NCBI GenBank assembly: GCA_036172245.1
Contig: JAYWIR010000003.1
Coordinates: 5,456,001 to 5,520,000, forward strand
Source: Raillietiella orientalis
Lineage: Eukaryota
Direction of reading: 5' to 3'
DNA length: 64,000 nt
Shown here: one piece after another, positions 63,701 to 64,000 of the stretch
How the letters are laid out: every line of letters begins with the position of its first letter
Numbering within the stretch: the stretch's first letter is position 1
Translations under genes and position numbers: made by a program
Notes under the pieces: generated by a model
What the model was told of the DNA's origin: nothing
Databases searched by the model: none
Seen by the model: only the letters and a program-made list of their open reading frames with translations

Positions 63701-64000
63701 ATACGTCGACTTCATCCCATCGTTCCTCCGAAACCCAGTCCTCTTGGTCACCGTCGACAGGCAGTCATTCGTCTGCCTCCTCCAGTTCTGGCACTCACAC
63801 CTCGTTGCCAACTCAATCCACCTCTACCCACCCAACTTCGACTTCACCTCTCTGCATCTTTACCACTCATTCCACGGAATCTGCAGGAGGAAGCACCCAT
63901 ACCACACAATCCCAGTCCCCGTCCACCGAAACTTCCCCGCACTCATCCGCATCCACTGCATCCACGAGCTCTCCTGGAACGCTGACCTCGACCACCACGG
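60749..64000 (+). CDS. Mucin-like Thr/Ser/Pro/His-rich region; large exon, 3'-partial, frame broken by indels after ~62816
   Basis: 721-aa ORF dominated by T/S. The frame is open from 60623, so the Met at 60749 is probably internal. The same repeat peptide continues in shifting frames to the window end. Confidence 0.8.
61832..64000 (+). repeat. Coding tandem repeat, unit ~357 bp / 119 aa, about 6 copies
   Basis: Anchor gaaacccagtcctcttggtcacc (ETQSSWSP) or a close variant at 62282, 62639, 63004, 63367 and 63730, plus a diverged copy (ESDSTWSP) at 61928. Spacings are 354, 357, 365, 363, 363. Confidence 0.95.

Overview
Animal (probably invertebrate) eukaryotic genomic DNA; the species cannot be determined from the window. 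Most ORFs in the track are noise. Two host genes are supported. (1) On the minus strand, the 5' part of a CELF3-6 / Bruno-3 / UNC-75 RNA-binding protein gene. Its RRM1 is split between an exon at 22110-22691 (first in-frame ATG 22449) and an 83-nt exon at 2565-2647, separated by a 19,462-nt phase-1 intron, and the gene continues off the left edge. (2) On the plus strand at the right end, a gene with two short helical-looking exons (59299-59401, 59487-59705) and a large Thr/Ser/His-rich mucin-like exon. This exon carries a ~357-bp (119-aa) tandem repeat that runs off the right edge; linkage of the short exons to it is inferred. The rest is intron or intergenic DNA containing very decayed DNA-transposon relics (many P/THAP9-like, one pogo-like, one Tc1/mariner-like, all recognised by eye at motif level), three copies of a tRNA-headed SINE-like element, a 30-bp minisatellite and microsatellites. 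Best leads: a tail-to-tail SINE pair with a homogenised 154-bp core that could form a long hairpin RNA, a uORF-dense and UG-rich CELF leader, and the unusual architecture and A-skew of the mucin-like gene. No novel system can be proven from the sequence alone.
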